A stretch of DNA of 63,998 nt, filler included, from Hyphochytrium catenoides (lineage: Eukaryota > Protista > Hyphochytriomycota): the NCBI GenBank assembly GCA_900088475.1. It is 14 parts of 14 records of this genome, joined end to end, with 100 filler letters (N's around TTAATTAATTAA, not from the genome) between each part and the next. Parts side by side here need not be neighbours in the genome. Positions count along the whole stretch, not along the records: positions 1 to 2,426 come from FLMG01001393.1; positions 2,527 to 10,913 come from FLMG01001706.1; positions 11,014 to 13,660 come from FLMG01002217.1; 11 more parts are not named here. The stretch is one strand, 5' to 3'. The position numbers were made by a program, and so were the translations under genes. The notes under the pieces are model-generated. The model saw nothing but the letters and a program-made list of their open reading frames with translations, was not told the DNA's origin and searched no databases. Shown piece after piece: positions 1-11,813 of the stretch (position 1 is its first letter; every line of letters starts with the position of its first letter).

Positions 1-2100
1 ACAACCAAGCCTCTCATGAGGGCATCACAATTCTTCCTGAGGTTGATCTACTCAGCCCTGACACTCTTCCTGTTTATCAATCTCCTTATGTCATCTCAGA
101 ACTCGGACCAGCAGTGGACAAGACCCTGAGTTGGTGGCCAACCGTAATCAGAAAGCGGTGGATCCAAGATGGCCTTTTGGCTGCCCCATGGAAAGTGGCA
201 GGATCAGTAGCGTCCAGGATTCGGGGACGTCGTGCCTCTGGTGCTGCTGTCACTTGTTGAAGCAGCTTCACCGTCTCTCTCTTTCTCTCTTTCTCGAGAG
301 GATAAGATTGTCCTTGCTGCCCTCTACTGTTTCAGTGTCATACCATCATTATTTTGACGTTGACCTTCCTTCATGATCTGTTGGTCGATCTATTCATCAA
401 AAGGTTAACGCGATGTCAGAGGAATTCTTCTTATATCGGCGGACTGACAGGGATCTAAAGCATGTAGTGACTAAGACGCTCAGCGAATAAGAACCAACTA
501 GTATACAGTTTGCCGCATTGTTTGGTGAAGAATGGCGTCCCGGAGGAGAAAGAAAGCTCCAGCCAGTGGCCAACATGATAGTGACTTTGTTTATGATGCT
601 TACATCTGTACTGCTAAGTAAACATACTTTCCTGGTTGTTTCCATGATCGGTAGTTATAGCCGTCTTCCTTGCTTAGTCATCAGTCTAAGCCTAATGGTC
701 ATTCACTCGCCTCAATACTTCCTGTTGACAGGAGGAGTAGAGCTAACCACTATCAGCGGGTCCATTGTAAAAGCAATGAGTTCATGGTCAGATGGAAGCT
801 CTTCACAACACGGTCACAACGCTTCTGGCTCAGCGCAGAGAGATAGATGAATAGTTGTGACCAGCCAAAAAGTAAGGTCCTTGAAGGCGATCAGGACTTG
901 TCTTGGGGAGGTGGGGCTACAGAGCAGATAGTAGAGCCGTCGTTAGTCCGAGAACGGGAGGGAATGACGAACGAGAGAACTGACGAGAACGAAGAATGGG
1001 ACAGCGTCTACTTAAAAGCTCATTTTACGTTCTGCTAATGACTGTCTGCAGCTGGGGAGGATGGAGTACGCCGACAGAAGCTGGAACTGACTTTTTAGCT
1101 ATTTCTTGGAGGTGAAGATCGGCCGATCCGTTATTCACGGTAATCAACTGTGAATCTCTCTTCCTTCTTTCTCTCTATGTCTATATCGATTACAGTTTTT
1201 CTTTCTTTTTCTTTCTCAAAGTCTCCCTCTCTTTTTCCTCCCTTCCATGCCTTCTCTGCTCCAACCAGCTGGCTGCTGCTAGTGAAGAACAATAAGAGGA
1301 AGTAGCTAATAGAGAGTAACGGCACTGGCACCGATGAGCACTACCAGCAGGAATAGCAGGGGGAAGGAGGGCATGAGCACCAACCTACTTCGGCGGGAGA
1401 GGACGAGTCGACAAGTACGTACGGCGGCAGCAGCAGGAACAGCAGCAGTGACACCAGCAGAATGAGTAATAGCAAGAGTAATCAATGCTCAGCAGCAGCA
1501 TGAGCTTCAGCACGAGGAGGAGGAGCGTCGTCATCCACCCTCCAGTGTCATGACAAGTAGCAGTAGCACCAGTAGTAGTCACAACATGATGAGCAGCCAG
1601 CATGCGCGCATACGATGACCAGCTACTGAGCAGTAGAAGGAACACCCCCACCAGCAGCAGCACTAGCACTAGCAGTAGCAGGGTTGGGAGGACGAGCAGG
1701 CACCAGGATTCTCGCTTTGCCCTAGAAGGACGGAGACCGACCGAGCAAGTGCAGCAGAAACAGTAACGGATTCGCGGCTGAGGTGGCTAACGGCTAATAT
1801 TACTGCTACAGGAACGCCATAACACGCACAACGAACAGTGAAAGAAACGCCGGCGGTACTCGTACATACAGTAGAGGGTTGAGCATAGGATCCTTGAACA
1901 TTGTTGTAGTGTAGAAGAGGAGGAACCAAGGGGGTGCTGTCCTATTACTATGGCATTTCCCTGATATTCCCCCTCCAAGCCAAATATTACTAGTAAAGAT
2001 CTCCCTCTTTTGCGACATTATCTGGACACATGAGCAGTAGACCCATAGACACAGTTTAGGCTAAGTAAAGCTCATAGACAGAATTAGCGTCAGTTAAACT
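1..2100 (-). mobile_element. Degenerate retrotransposon relic (Gag CCHC zinc knuckle; possible aspartic protease remnant)
   Basis: Minus strand 2053-2015 reads C-V-Y-G-S-T-A-H-V-S-R-*-C, a broken CX2CX4HX4C knuckle (TAT for TGT, TAA for CAA). Around 630-585, VCLLSSTDVSIINK weakly resembles retroviral protease LLDSGADVSII. Many stops, no microsatellite introns. Confidence 0.4.
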
Positions 2101-2426
2101 GTAAGCGCATAATGGCGAAAATATCAAAAAGTTAGTATGCGTAGTCGAAGGGGAGTACTGAGTAGGCTGAAGAGGCACAAAGGCCTAAGGAGGAGGTAGC
2201 AAAAGGAGCAGAGAGAAAAGAGATGAGACAGAGGTGACGAGAGAGAGGAGGGACAAAGGATTTGACCCAAGAACATCTAAGGAAGGAAGTGGAGAAAGAG
2301 AGAGACAAGAAGACAGGAAACGATAGCTTGAGATGAGGAAGCAGAGTGCGAGGAAAGGAGAAGAAAGAGAGAGAGAGAGAGAGTGCGAAAGAGAGAGCGA
2401 GAGCGGGAGAGAGAGAGAGAGAGAGA

Positions 2427-2526
2427 NNNNNNNNNNNNNNNNNNNNNNNNNNNNNNNNNNNNNNNNNNNNTTAATTAATTAANNNNNNNNNNNNNNNNNN
2501 NNNNNNNNNNNNNNNNNNNNNNNNNN
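2427..2526. other. Artificial contig spacer N44-TTAATTAATTAA-N44 (first of 13)
   Basis: Six-frame-stop linker with cores starting at 2471, 10958, 13705, 16025, 20377, 28290, 33553, 38064, 45726, 56893, 60022, 61123 and 62932. Typical of pseudomolecule/bin concatenation. Confidence 0.97.
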
Positions 2527-2691
2527 AGATGGAGTTCTCTTCCGTCGGGTCCTCTCTTTCTCTCTCTCCATGGCTCTGTGCGTCAAGGAATGCGTACCGC
2601 TGCCTGCACTCTGTCGCTGAAGTGTCAAGCCCTCTGCTGATCTTCAGCTCCTCCACCACCGCTTCAAAGTCAAAGAGATGTCGCTGCACTG
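2527..2691 (-). CDS. Partial exon, Myb/SANT-like helical motif, hypothetical protein
   Basis: After a pyrimidine tract and AG acceptor it reads AVQRHLFDFEAVVEELKISRGLDTSATECRQRYAFLD, like SANT/Myb helices 2-3 (FxxVA...TxxECRxRY/W). Runs into the spacer. Confidence 0.45.
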
Positions 2692-2766
2692 CTTGAGAGA
2701 GAAAAGAGTCCAGCGCAGGACTCCNNNNNNNNNNNNNNNNNNNNNNNNNNNNNNNNNNNNNNNNNN

Positions 2767-2802
<36 letters not shown>

Positions 2803-3148
2803 TGTGTGTGTTTCAGGTCCTAGATACCCTCGAAAAGATTGCTTATCCCTTTTCCTTTGCGTGCTGGTTTTCGTTGCTGTCTCTTGGCTCGGAAGCCCGG
2901 AAGGAGATAGAGAGACCTCTGGAAAGGAAGGAATGTGCCCGATGCCAGGTGCCGAGCAGTCAAACAACAAGAGACAGCCGAAAGGGGAGGCCACTTGACC
3001 GAGAGCTTGTCACAATGGCTCCTAGCAATCGGCGAGAAGGTAGCACATTCAGAGGGCGACAGATGATCACCGAGACAAAGTGGTATTATAGCGAGAAGAG
3101 AGAGAGAGGGAGGGAGAGAGGGAGAGAGAGAGAGAGAGAGAGAAAGAG

Positions 3149-3191
<43 letters not shown>

Positions 3192-3346
3192 GGCGGCTGT
3201 AACGAGGATCCCCAAAGCAGACAATGCCGCTTCATTTTGTAACAGCAGTTATCACCCTTTCGATGATAACCTCACCTAACAGTAATTTAGTTATCAGACT
3301 AACGATCTCCCCACCTCTTGGGATGGATGATCCATCATCAAATGTG

Positions 3347-3377
<31 letters not shown>

Positions 3378-3701
3378 CTGGTCCCATTTTCCTTCGTTTC
3401 TTCTCTCTTCGAGCTTCTTCGTTGTCTCTCCGTCTCAGTCTGAGCTCTATCGTTTCTCTCTTCTTGATGAGACACTGACACACAGGACGATGAACATCAG
3501 GTCTGAGAGCCTACAAAGGCAAAGATTGACTGAGACGCACGTGCAGAGGAGCGCTATAGCATTGTAGGCCCTAGTGAACTTCAGGCTAGCAGGCAGCTTT
3601 ATCCTCTAGCAGAACTATGGGAGGCAGTAGTGGATTTAGGGATAGACGAGTCCTTGTGGCAGATGCGCTGCTAGAGGTCCTTCTCTTCTGTCTTCCTCTT
3701 T

Positions 3702-6651
3702 CTACTGTTGCTGGGCTAACTGTTGCTGCAGTTGACGCAGAACTGCAAGCTGGTCTTCCTGCGACAGCGCTGCGATGGCAGTAAGGATGCCGGTGACATC
3801 GAGCGCCGGCAGCGCCTGCAAGATGAATGTGTTATAGTGCACGGTGGTACAGAAGCCCATGATGAACTGGCAGTCCATTCGATCTGTCAGTCCACCGTGG
3901 CCTGGAATCAGGGAATCGAAGTCCTAAACAGGCGAAGCGGTGGTTAGTATCGGAATGACGCCCGCTAAGCCAGGTAAAGAGAGGTAACTAGAGAGAAGGA
4001 GCAGGAAGAAAAACTCAGACACCGGCGTGATCTGAGGTCGCTCTTGACATACAAGCCCCAGATCGGGCGAGAGAGAGGCGGAACGAGCGAGAGAGACCGA
4101 GCGAGAGAGATCAATGAGATGTCGGACCTTCACATTATACGCTCGTTTTATGGCAGATGCGAAGAAGCCGCCAAAGGGAGCAACCAGTGACGCAAAGGCC
4201 GCTAGCCCTAACCCGTGCAGCTGCATCAGAGGGAGACTTAGAGGTGAAAGAAAGATGCCAAGCGTGGACATAGGTAGATAGACAGCTACATATGCCGAGG
4301 AGCAGACGTAAGACGAGCAGCAGACGCAAATGACCCTATACGATGACCTATGACGAGGTGAAAGAAGCTCAACAGGTGATGACAGAGACCACTTTCAAGC
4401 TTCCTCCATAGAGAGGGGAAAGGAGTCAGAACAGTACCTGAACAGGGAGATAAGTGAAGCCCTCAACGCCCAACAGTGACGCAACTGAGGCCGGGAACTT
4501 GTAGAGATGGGGTTGGAACACAGGCGATGGCTCACAATGGAGATCCTTTGAAAAGAGATCGTCCGGCTGGCAGATGAGCCATTCGAACTAGCAGCGAGGA
4601 GAGGAGAACTTCAATCTAAACGTGATCAAGGAAGAATGGAAGGAGAGAGAGAGAGAGCCCATGAAGGTAAGACCTATGGTAACGCTAGTACAAACAAGGA
4701 TGAAAAGTCTACATTTCCCCACGGCCGTAGCACTGGAGAAATAAGGGATAAAGATAGAGAACTTGAGTTCCAAGAGCCGAAGCTTCCAATGACTGTGCTA
4801 CCTGCGCGAGAAGTCTGGTCCAGAAGACGGAGAAGATGAGTGTGCAAATGAAAGCTCCGATAAACCCTTCCCAGGTCTTGTTAGGCGATAGCTTCAAAAA
4901 TGGATACTTTATAAATTTACGTCCAAAGAGCAACCCGCAGAAGTAGGCGAAGCAGTCGTTGCAGACCACCAGCGATACGTGCAGCAGAAACCAGAAGAGC
5001 CCTAACGAGGAAGTGAGAAGTGAGACAAGAGGATCCCTTCGCGCTAGGGAACGGGGCCGTCACATGGTTACCTAGGAAAATGTTCTGGTACATGTATTTG
5101 CCTTGAAAGACCGTCAGTAGCAGTGTAAGGAAGGTCCATGCTAGCTGCCCTGTAGTGTGCCATGTCATCACGTGGACAATAAGAACGGATGGCTGAGACC
5201 AGGGATGATAAGGTGGACAGCAGAATCAACCAAAGGTACAGAGTCGTAGGAAGACAAATATCAGAGCCCACGAGCCACTTGGCTTCTAAAAGTGCTAAGC
5301 CGAAGCGGAGACATAGGCCACAAGCCCTTAACAATCCTAAGCACTAAAGTAAAGTTAGGAGGGAGAGCAAAGCTAAGGATAGAGGGAAGACAGGCTTAGC
5401 AATGCCTGCCAGAAGACTAACTTCCACGGCAACCTGTGACTTACCCATCTGATATTTGTAGTAGCCTGAGAAGAGTGAGAGAGAGAGAGAGAGTCCAGAG
5501 TCGTAAGAAGTTAAAGAGTGGTCAGTGTAGACGACGATATATGTCAGTGAGAGAGAAGAGAGAGAGATGAGAATGAGAGACGGAGAGGGTGACCACACAC
5601 ACAGCGAGGGGGAGAGAGAGAGAGAGAAAGTGCAGAAACCCCTAAAGTTGGAGATGAAAGCTGGAACAGGGCTCCATGATGATAGGGCAGCTACAAAGAG
5701 AGAGGTAGACTAAAAGGGTGCAAGCTTTGAAGAAGAAGTGGAGAGATGCTCTCTCTCTCTCTTTCTCTACCTTTCTTGAAGCTGAGCACTGTGACAACAA
5801 AGACCAAAGAGTAGAAAGAGAAGGAGATCCAGTAGTGATACTTCATCAGCAGCACCACCACGCGATTGTTCCCTCGGCGAGAGGCGAAGGTGTAGAGACT
5901 GTCTCCAGAGGAAGAGAACTGAGCCAGAGCGAACCATAACCACTGCGCATGGGGAAACAAAAATAGGAGGAGAGAGGAAGAATCATTCAGGATGCGTGAT
6001 GGTGCCAGACCATAGGCAAATAAGAGAACGGCGATAAGTAAGTATACTGGGAAGTAGAGGAGGGCAGAGTGAAAGAGGAAGAGGAAGGGAAGAAATAGAA
6101 TGAAGAAAGAGACAGAAAGCAATCGGGGGCGGCCGAGAGAAGAGAGAGAGAAAAGGAGGAGAAGGCGACCAAGGTAGAAAATTGAAAAGGGGGATCGGCG
6201 AGTCAAATAGCCCAAGCAACAAAGAGGCGTGTAGTACGGGTAAAGAAAAAGAAACAAGACTGGGAGAGAGAGAGAGAAAAGGAAGAGAAGAGCGAGAGCC
6301 AGAGCAACAGAGAGCGAGAGAGACAAAGAAAGAAAGAGAGAGAGAGAAAAAAGGAGAGAGAGAGAGACAGAGAGAAAGAAAAACGAAAATAAGAGAGATA
6401 GACAGAGAGAGAGAGAGAGAGAGAAGGAGAGAGGAGACAGGGAGTTTGGTCTTCCTGCGACAACAAGCAATGCACCTGGACTGTCCTAAAATACTTGATG
6501 CCTCGCTCCTTGGCTGCCTTATACCTCACGTGCAGCAGTTCTCTGAAGATTGCTATCTGCAGGGCACAGACGAGGAGGCAGACATAGAAGTGTCCTGGGA
6601 TAATATGTTAGGCAAGATTGTGCCAAGCACAGAGAGATAAAGAGAGAGAGA

Positions 6652-6688
<37 letters not shown>

Positions 6689-6832
6689 AAGGACAAGAAC
6701 AAAGAGAGGGGCGGAAGAAAGAGTCGAGAAGTCAGAGGAAGAAGTAGCGTTTCCAAGACAGCCATAAATTGGGAGGCGCATGACAAGAGAAGGAAAATTC
6801 AAACATCGCACAAATGTTCATGGGGAAAGGAA

Positions 6833-6891
<59 letters not shown>

Positions 6892-7334
6892 AGAGAGAGA
6901 GAGCACAGAGTGAACGTTTCTCACATGACGACCAAGACATGGAGATAGGAAATAGATTGACGGCTCTCAAGATAAGAACAAGACGAGAGACCCAGAGAGG
7001 GAGAACAAAAGCACAAAAAAAAGAAGAGGAGGATGAGAGAAGAAGAAGAGGGAGACACAGAGAGAGACTCGGAGAGCGAGAGAGAGAGAGAGAGAGAGAG
7101 ATAATTGAGGGAAGGACGCTAAGGACCTGCGTATACGACGCCAAGGAAGCCCACAATCATCGCCACGCCAAAGACCACTCTGGTGATAATTTTGTTCTTA
7201 TTTCTCTTCTCCCAGTCTTTCTTCTCCGCAGACTTCAGATCTCCTTCAGAGTTCCGATGACTGTCCTCCGAGTCGGCTTCCGACTGCGTCTCTGCCGCCG
7301 CCCGACGGCGACGAAGACTCTCCGCGCCTTGCAT
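3702..7334 (-). CDS. CDS1: Phosphatidate cytidylyltransferase (CDP-diacylglycerol synthase), complete, 9 exons
   Basis: GT-AG, phase-consistent exons: 7334-7127, 6594-6476, 5942-5771, 5465-5445, 5149-5072, 5001-4802, 4587-4438, 4220-4128, 3923-3702. Motifs [58 protein letters not shown]. Confidence 0.97.
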
Positions 7335-7720
7335 TTGGCCGCTTTAAGAGGCGCTGAGCTATGGGCGAATGGACTGGCTAATAAGGCACTAGAAAGTAGG
7401 TTGCCTTCCTTGATATTTTAATGATGAGCTTGCTGCGTCTCTCTCTCTCTTTCTCTCTTCTTTCTCTACTTAGTGCTCCAGCGGGCGGGGTAGGAGAAGG
7501 GGAGAGAGGGATAGCGCCAGTCAGCTGCCTTGAAAGGGCAGAGAGGAGCGGAGAGAGAGAAAGAGGGAGTCACAGGGGAGAGGGAGAGAGGGACAATGGG
7601 TAGCCAGATCGCCGCTGCTGAGTTCCGCGGCTCTCTCATCTCGTTCCTTCCTCCCAAGCACACAGACCTGATTCTCTTACTCTTTTGTGCTGTCCCTCAG
7701 CTCCTTGTTCTTTCTGCTCA

Positions 7721-7723
<3 letters not shown>

Positions 7724-7751
<28 letters not shown>

Positions 7752-7807
7752 GCTCTCTGTCTCTCTCTCTCTGTCTCTCTCTCTCTCTCTCTCTCCCTGT
7801 CTCTCTC

Positions 7808-7853
<46 letters not shown>

Positions 7854-8052
7854 CTTCTCTCCTTCTCTCCTCTCCCTCTATTTCTCTTTCTCTTTTTCTC
7901 TCTCGCTCTCTCTCTCCCTCTCGTCTCTCGCTCTCTCGCTTTCTCTTGCTCTCTCTCTCTGTCTCTCTTCGTCTCTCTCGTCTCTCTCCTTTGCTCTCAC
8001 TCTACTCTGTTCGCTCTCTTCGCTCTCTGTGTCTCTGTCTTGTCTCTGAGTG

Positions 8053-8084
<32 letters not shown>

Positions 8085-8175
8085 CTCTCTTCTCCCTGCA
8101 GCGCTCTCTCTGCCTCTCTGTCTCTTGCCTTTCCTTTCTGTTTCCTTTTCTTTTTCCCCTCTCTCTCCTGTCTCT
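7724..8175 (+). repeat. Long (CT)n-rich microsatellite block between divergent CDS1 and DYNLT1 starts
   Basis: About 450 bp of near-continuous CT/CTGT repeat; source of the spurious Ser-Leu ORFs. Confidence 0.9.
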
Positions 8176-8527
8176 GTGTCTTGCTTGTACGCCTTTGTAC
8201 ATGTCTGTTTGTACCGCTTCCACCACTGTACAAACCACTGGCGGATTAGTAATACGTGACATGCATAGCGCTGTAATAAGAGTAGTGGCCTAACTTATTC
8301 ACCGTTTACCTTAGTAGTACGTCCGAAGAAATGAAGATAACTCCAGGAGGAATCAAGGTATAGTCTTTGGATTAGTAACTGAATGACGCTGGACTAACTG
8401 TTCGATGTCTGTGTCCTTTCGTCTTCTGGTAGCTGAGCTTCTGGGCGCCGGGCCGCGGGCCGAAGCCGGAGAAAGAGACAGCTTGAGCTTGCCAATGAAA
8501 GGCAGTTGGAGGCAGCAGACAGCAGAG

Positions 8528-8569
<42 letters not shown>

Positions 8570-8875
8570 ATCTAGATAGAAGAAGATACATCAGAGTACC
8601 TGTCATAGCACACTATCTAGAAGCTAGGGTTCTGAGCTGCCCAATTTAGAGCTTATAGCACAAGACCTCGTCACAAGCCGCGCGAAGAGAGCAGCAAAGC
8701 TGTTATTTCTTGCAAGGGGAGCTGCCATTGTCCCCATACTGAGGATTGGTGGGTAGGAGAGGAGCTAGACATTGGCTGAGGTTCTGACTTAACGAGGAGA
8801 GCTCACCCTAAAGGGAAACAGGGTAGAGAGAAGGGACTCTTACTTTGTCGGGAAGACACCAGTTCTGTCTGAAGC

Positions 8876-9875
8876 ATGGATGATATCCAGACGTCAGAGG
8901 AGGTAGGAGGAGGTACCTTCATCTCATTTTCCCCCTTTCCGTCTCTCTGTCTAGTCTCTTTTTATCCAACCCTCTATGTACTCTTCTCTTCTTTTTGTCT
9001 CTCCTTACCTTCTTCTCAACTTTCTCTTCCTTCTCTCTCTCTCTCTCTTTCCCTTATCCAGTCTACGGAGTTTGTGACTGAAGAGATTGAGAAGTTAGTA
9101 AGCGGAGTGGTGGAGAGCTATCTGAAAGACTTGAACTATGACGACAGAAAGGTGCCGCAATGGGTCAATCTCATCTGTGAGACCTGCATGCGGAAGTTTG
9201 CTGACCTCAGGAAGCCCTTTAAGTATATAGGTATGTACAGAGAGAAAGTCATTGAGCAAGAGAAGAGAGACAGAGAGAGACCGAAGAGAGAAAAGAAGTC
9301 GGGAGAGATCGTAGCGAAGGGAAGAGAGAGAAGAGAGAAAGAGAAACAGTAGACGACAATCTTCCAGAAACGAGAAGAGCCATCACGCCTTGAGCGTGCC
9401 AAGGTTACCCTTTCTCCCCTCTTATCCTGGGCTTATGGCTGTCAGATATCTCTCTCTCTCTCTCTCTCTTAGCTTTCAAGTTGACGTTCCTTCCCTGTCT
9501 TCCCTGCACTGCTCATCCCGCAACAGGGATCAATCTCTCCTGGGATAATAAGTAGTCTAGCTACACTCGCTCTGACTCACCTATTCTTACATTCTCTCTT
9601 CCTCTCTCTCTCTTGTCGTCCCCTCCGGCTCCTCGTATGTATCTCTCTCTCTCTGCCTCTCTCCTCCCTTCTTTCACTCTCTCTCTCCCTCTCTATCTCT
9701 CTTCAATGTATCGTTATAACAATCTATATCTTTCAGTCTCCTGCGTGATCATGCAGAAGAACGGAGCTGGAATTCACTCAGCCACGTCATGTTACTGGGA
9801 CACCGTCACAGACNNNNNNNNNNNNNNNNNNNNNNNNNNNNNNNNNNNNNNNNNNNNNNNNCTCTCTCTCTCTCC

Positions 9876-9908
<33 letters not shown>

Positions 9909-10070
9909 TCTCCATCTCTATCTGAAGCACTTCATGTCGATGCTCACCTTACGACTCTCTTTCTAGGCGTTGTTACTGTGCGATGGCCAGGAGAGAAAGC
10001 GAGAGGGGGAGGGAAGGAGCAAGGAAAGGACATCACGTGCATCGTAACCGTCTTTGGCTTAGGGCTTTAG
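8876..10070 (+). CDS. DYNLT1: Dynein light chain Tctex-type 1, 4 exons
   Basis: Exons 8876-8902, 9062-9230, 9737-9813 (donor hidden in N gap), 9967-10070. Protein [67 protein letters not shown]. Confidence 0.95.
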
Positions 10071-10230
10071 CGCAGTTGGGCCCTCTCTCACCTTCTCATC
10101 TATCGCCTTCTCTCTCTTCCCTCGCTCTCTCTTGCCTCTCCTCCGTCTCTCTCTCAAATCTCTCCGTTGCCTCTGCTTTGCTCCGTCGAGTTAGCGTTGG
10201 ATGTTCTCTCCCAACCGGTCTGTTGGTGTC

Positions 10231-10284
<54 letters not shown>

Positions 10285-10785
10285 CACTTAATTAGCTGTA
10301 ACATAGCGATGTTCATTGCCAACCGAATGTGTATTGCCAAAAGACCGTCAAGAGAAGAGACTTTTCTCTGTCAGGGAAAGGAGCCCAAAAGGAGAGAGGA
10401 GAAGGGAACATAAGAGACGGAGGAACAGAGAAAAAGAGAGAGAGAGAGAGAGAGAAGAAGAGGTTCTGCTAAGGAGAGGCAGAGTCTGCGACCTTCGCCA
10501 CACGGCGTAGTCCGCTGCTGAGACTCTGGGGATTCCTGGACCATAATTGCCTCTCCTCAGACTCTCATTTCGATCCTGTGTCTCCCTCCTCCACCCCCTC
10601 TCTCTTTCTTTCTCTCTCTCTTTCTCGGTCTCGCTCTCGCTCTCTCTCTCTAAAGATACGTAGATGGAGGAGCCGATTACTCTTCTTCATAAAAATAAGG
10701 AGGAGGAGATCTGTATGTGTGAGAGGAGAGAAAAAAAGAGGGCTACGGAGAGAGCGAGAGAGAGCTAGAGAGTGAGAAGAAAAAT

Positions 10786-10816
<31 letters not shown>

Positions 10817-11813
10817 TGGAACGGTGAACCGGACGAGAAAGCAGCATCGGGAGAGGCAGACATGGAGTTTGGGGGAAGCCATTGCTGAAAGTAGAGTTTG
10901 GCTTGCAGTGTGANNNNNNNNNNNNNNNNNNNNNNNNNNNNNNNNNNNNNNNNNNNNTTAATTAATTAANNNNNNNNNNNNNNNNNNNNNNNNNNNNNNN
11001 NNNNNNNNNNNNNGGAGCTTCACTAATTTCCTTACCTTCATCATCACCACCAAACCTACCTGAGCTTAGTATGAATCTCCTCGTTGTCCTCAGAGTGGTC
11101 CCATAGTAAGAGAGAGAGAGGAGAGAGAGAGAGACAAGAAGAGGAGAGCAGTAGGAGGTAGGAAAGACAGAAGCACCCCAAAGAGAACTACCTCCCATCC
11201 ACTACCTCAGTCAGATATAGGGCCAGTTCCTGTGTCGTGTCCACCCGCTTGCTGCAGCCACAGCTCTTCAAGAGATGACGCTGCAATAAGTTCAGCACCA
11301 TAACTCCTACCATTGCAACATAGTCGGGACGCTCGCTCTCGCAACACTCTTGGGGCAGTAGAGAGAAAGGAGAAGAGGAAAGGAAAGGGTCCAGTCGCTG
11401 CTGACTGCAAGTGCTGCTCCCGCGCTTGACATCTGCCTTTTAGTCTTGTTCCGTCTCCGATACGCCTGCCAGTTGATATCTCTCAATCAGCCACGCAACT
11501 GAAAGGTTTCAGCTCAGGTACCAGCGCAGCTACGGTGGCAGTCTACGTGCCAAATAGTGTCAGCCCTGATTCCAACCACCGCACTATATTGCAGGTAGAT
11601 GCCAGCCCTGGTACGCGTCTTGGTCGCCTCAGCATTGGTGCCAGCGTTGGTGCCAGCGTTAATGCCAGTCTTGCTACCGGCTATAAGTGCCACTCATGGT
11701 AGCCTGGCCCCAGTCTTTGTGCAAACCTTAGGCACAGCCCAGCTGAGTTGACAACCGCCAGTGCTGGGATAGGCTGCAGCCACTGTCTCAGCTTAAGCTT
11801 TAAAAAAATAGCC

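Noticed and set aside
2471-2482. Recurrent TTAATTAATTAA palindrome
   Set aside because: Always centred in N runs; an assembly linker, so gene clustering across it is meaningless.
3600-3704. Stop-codon reassignment suggested by abundant TAG/TAA
   Set aside because: Assembled genes have no in-frame stops and end normally on TAG (CDS1, DYNLT1) or TAA (ggt); standard code fits.
7530-8293. Long Ser-Leu / Arg-Glu ORFs here and throughout
   Set aside because: Translations of (CT)n/(AG)n microsatellites.
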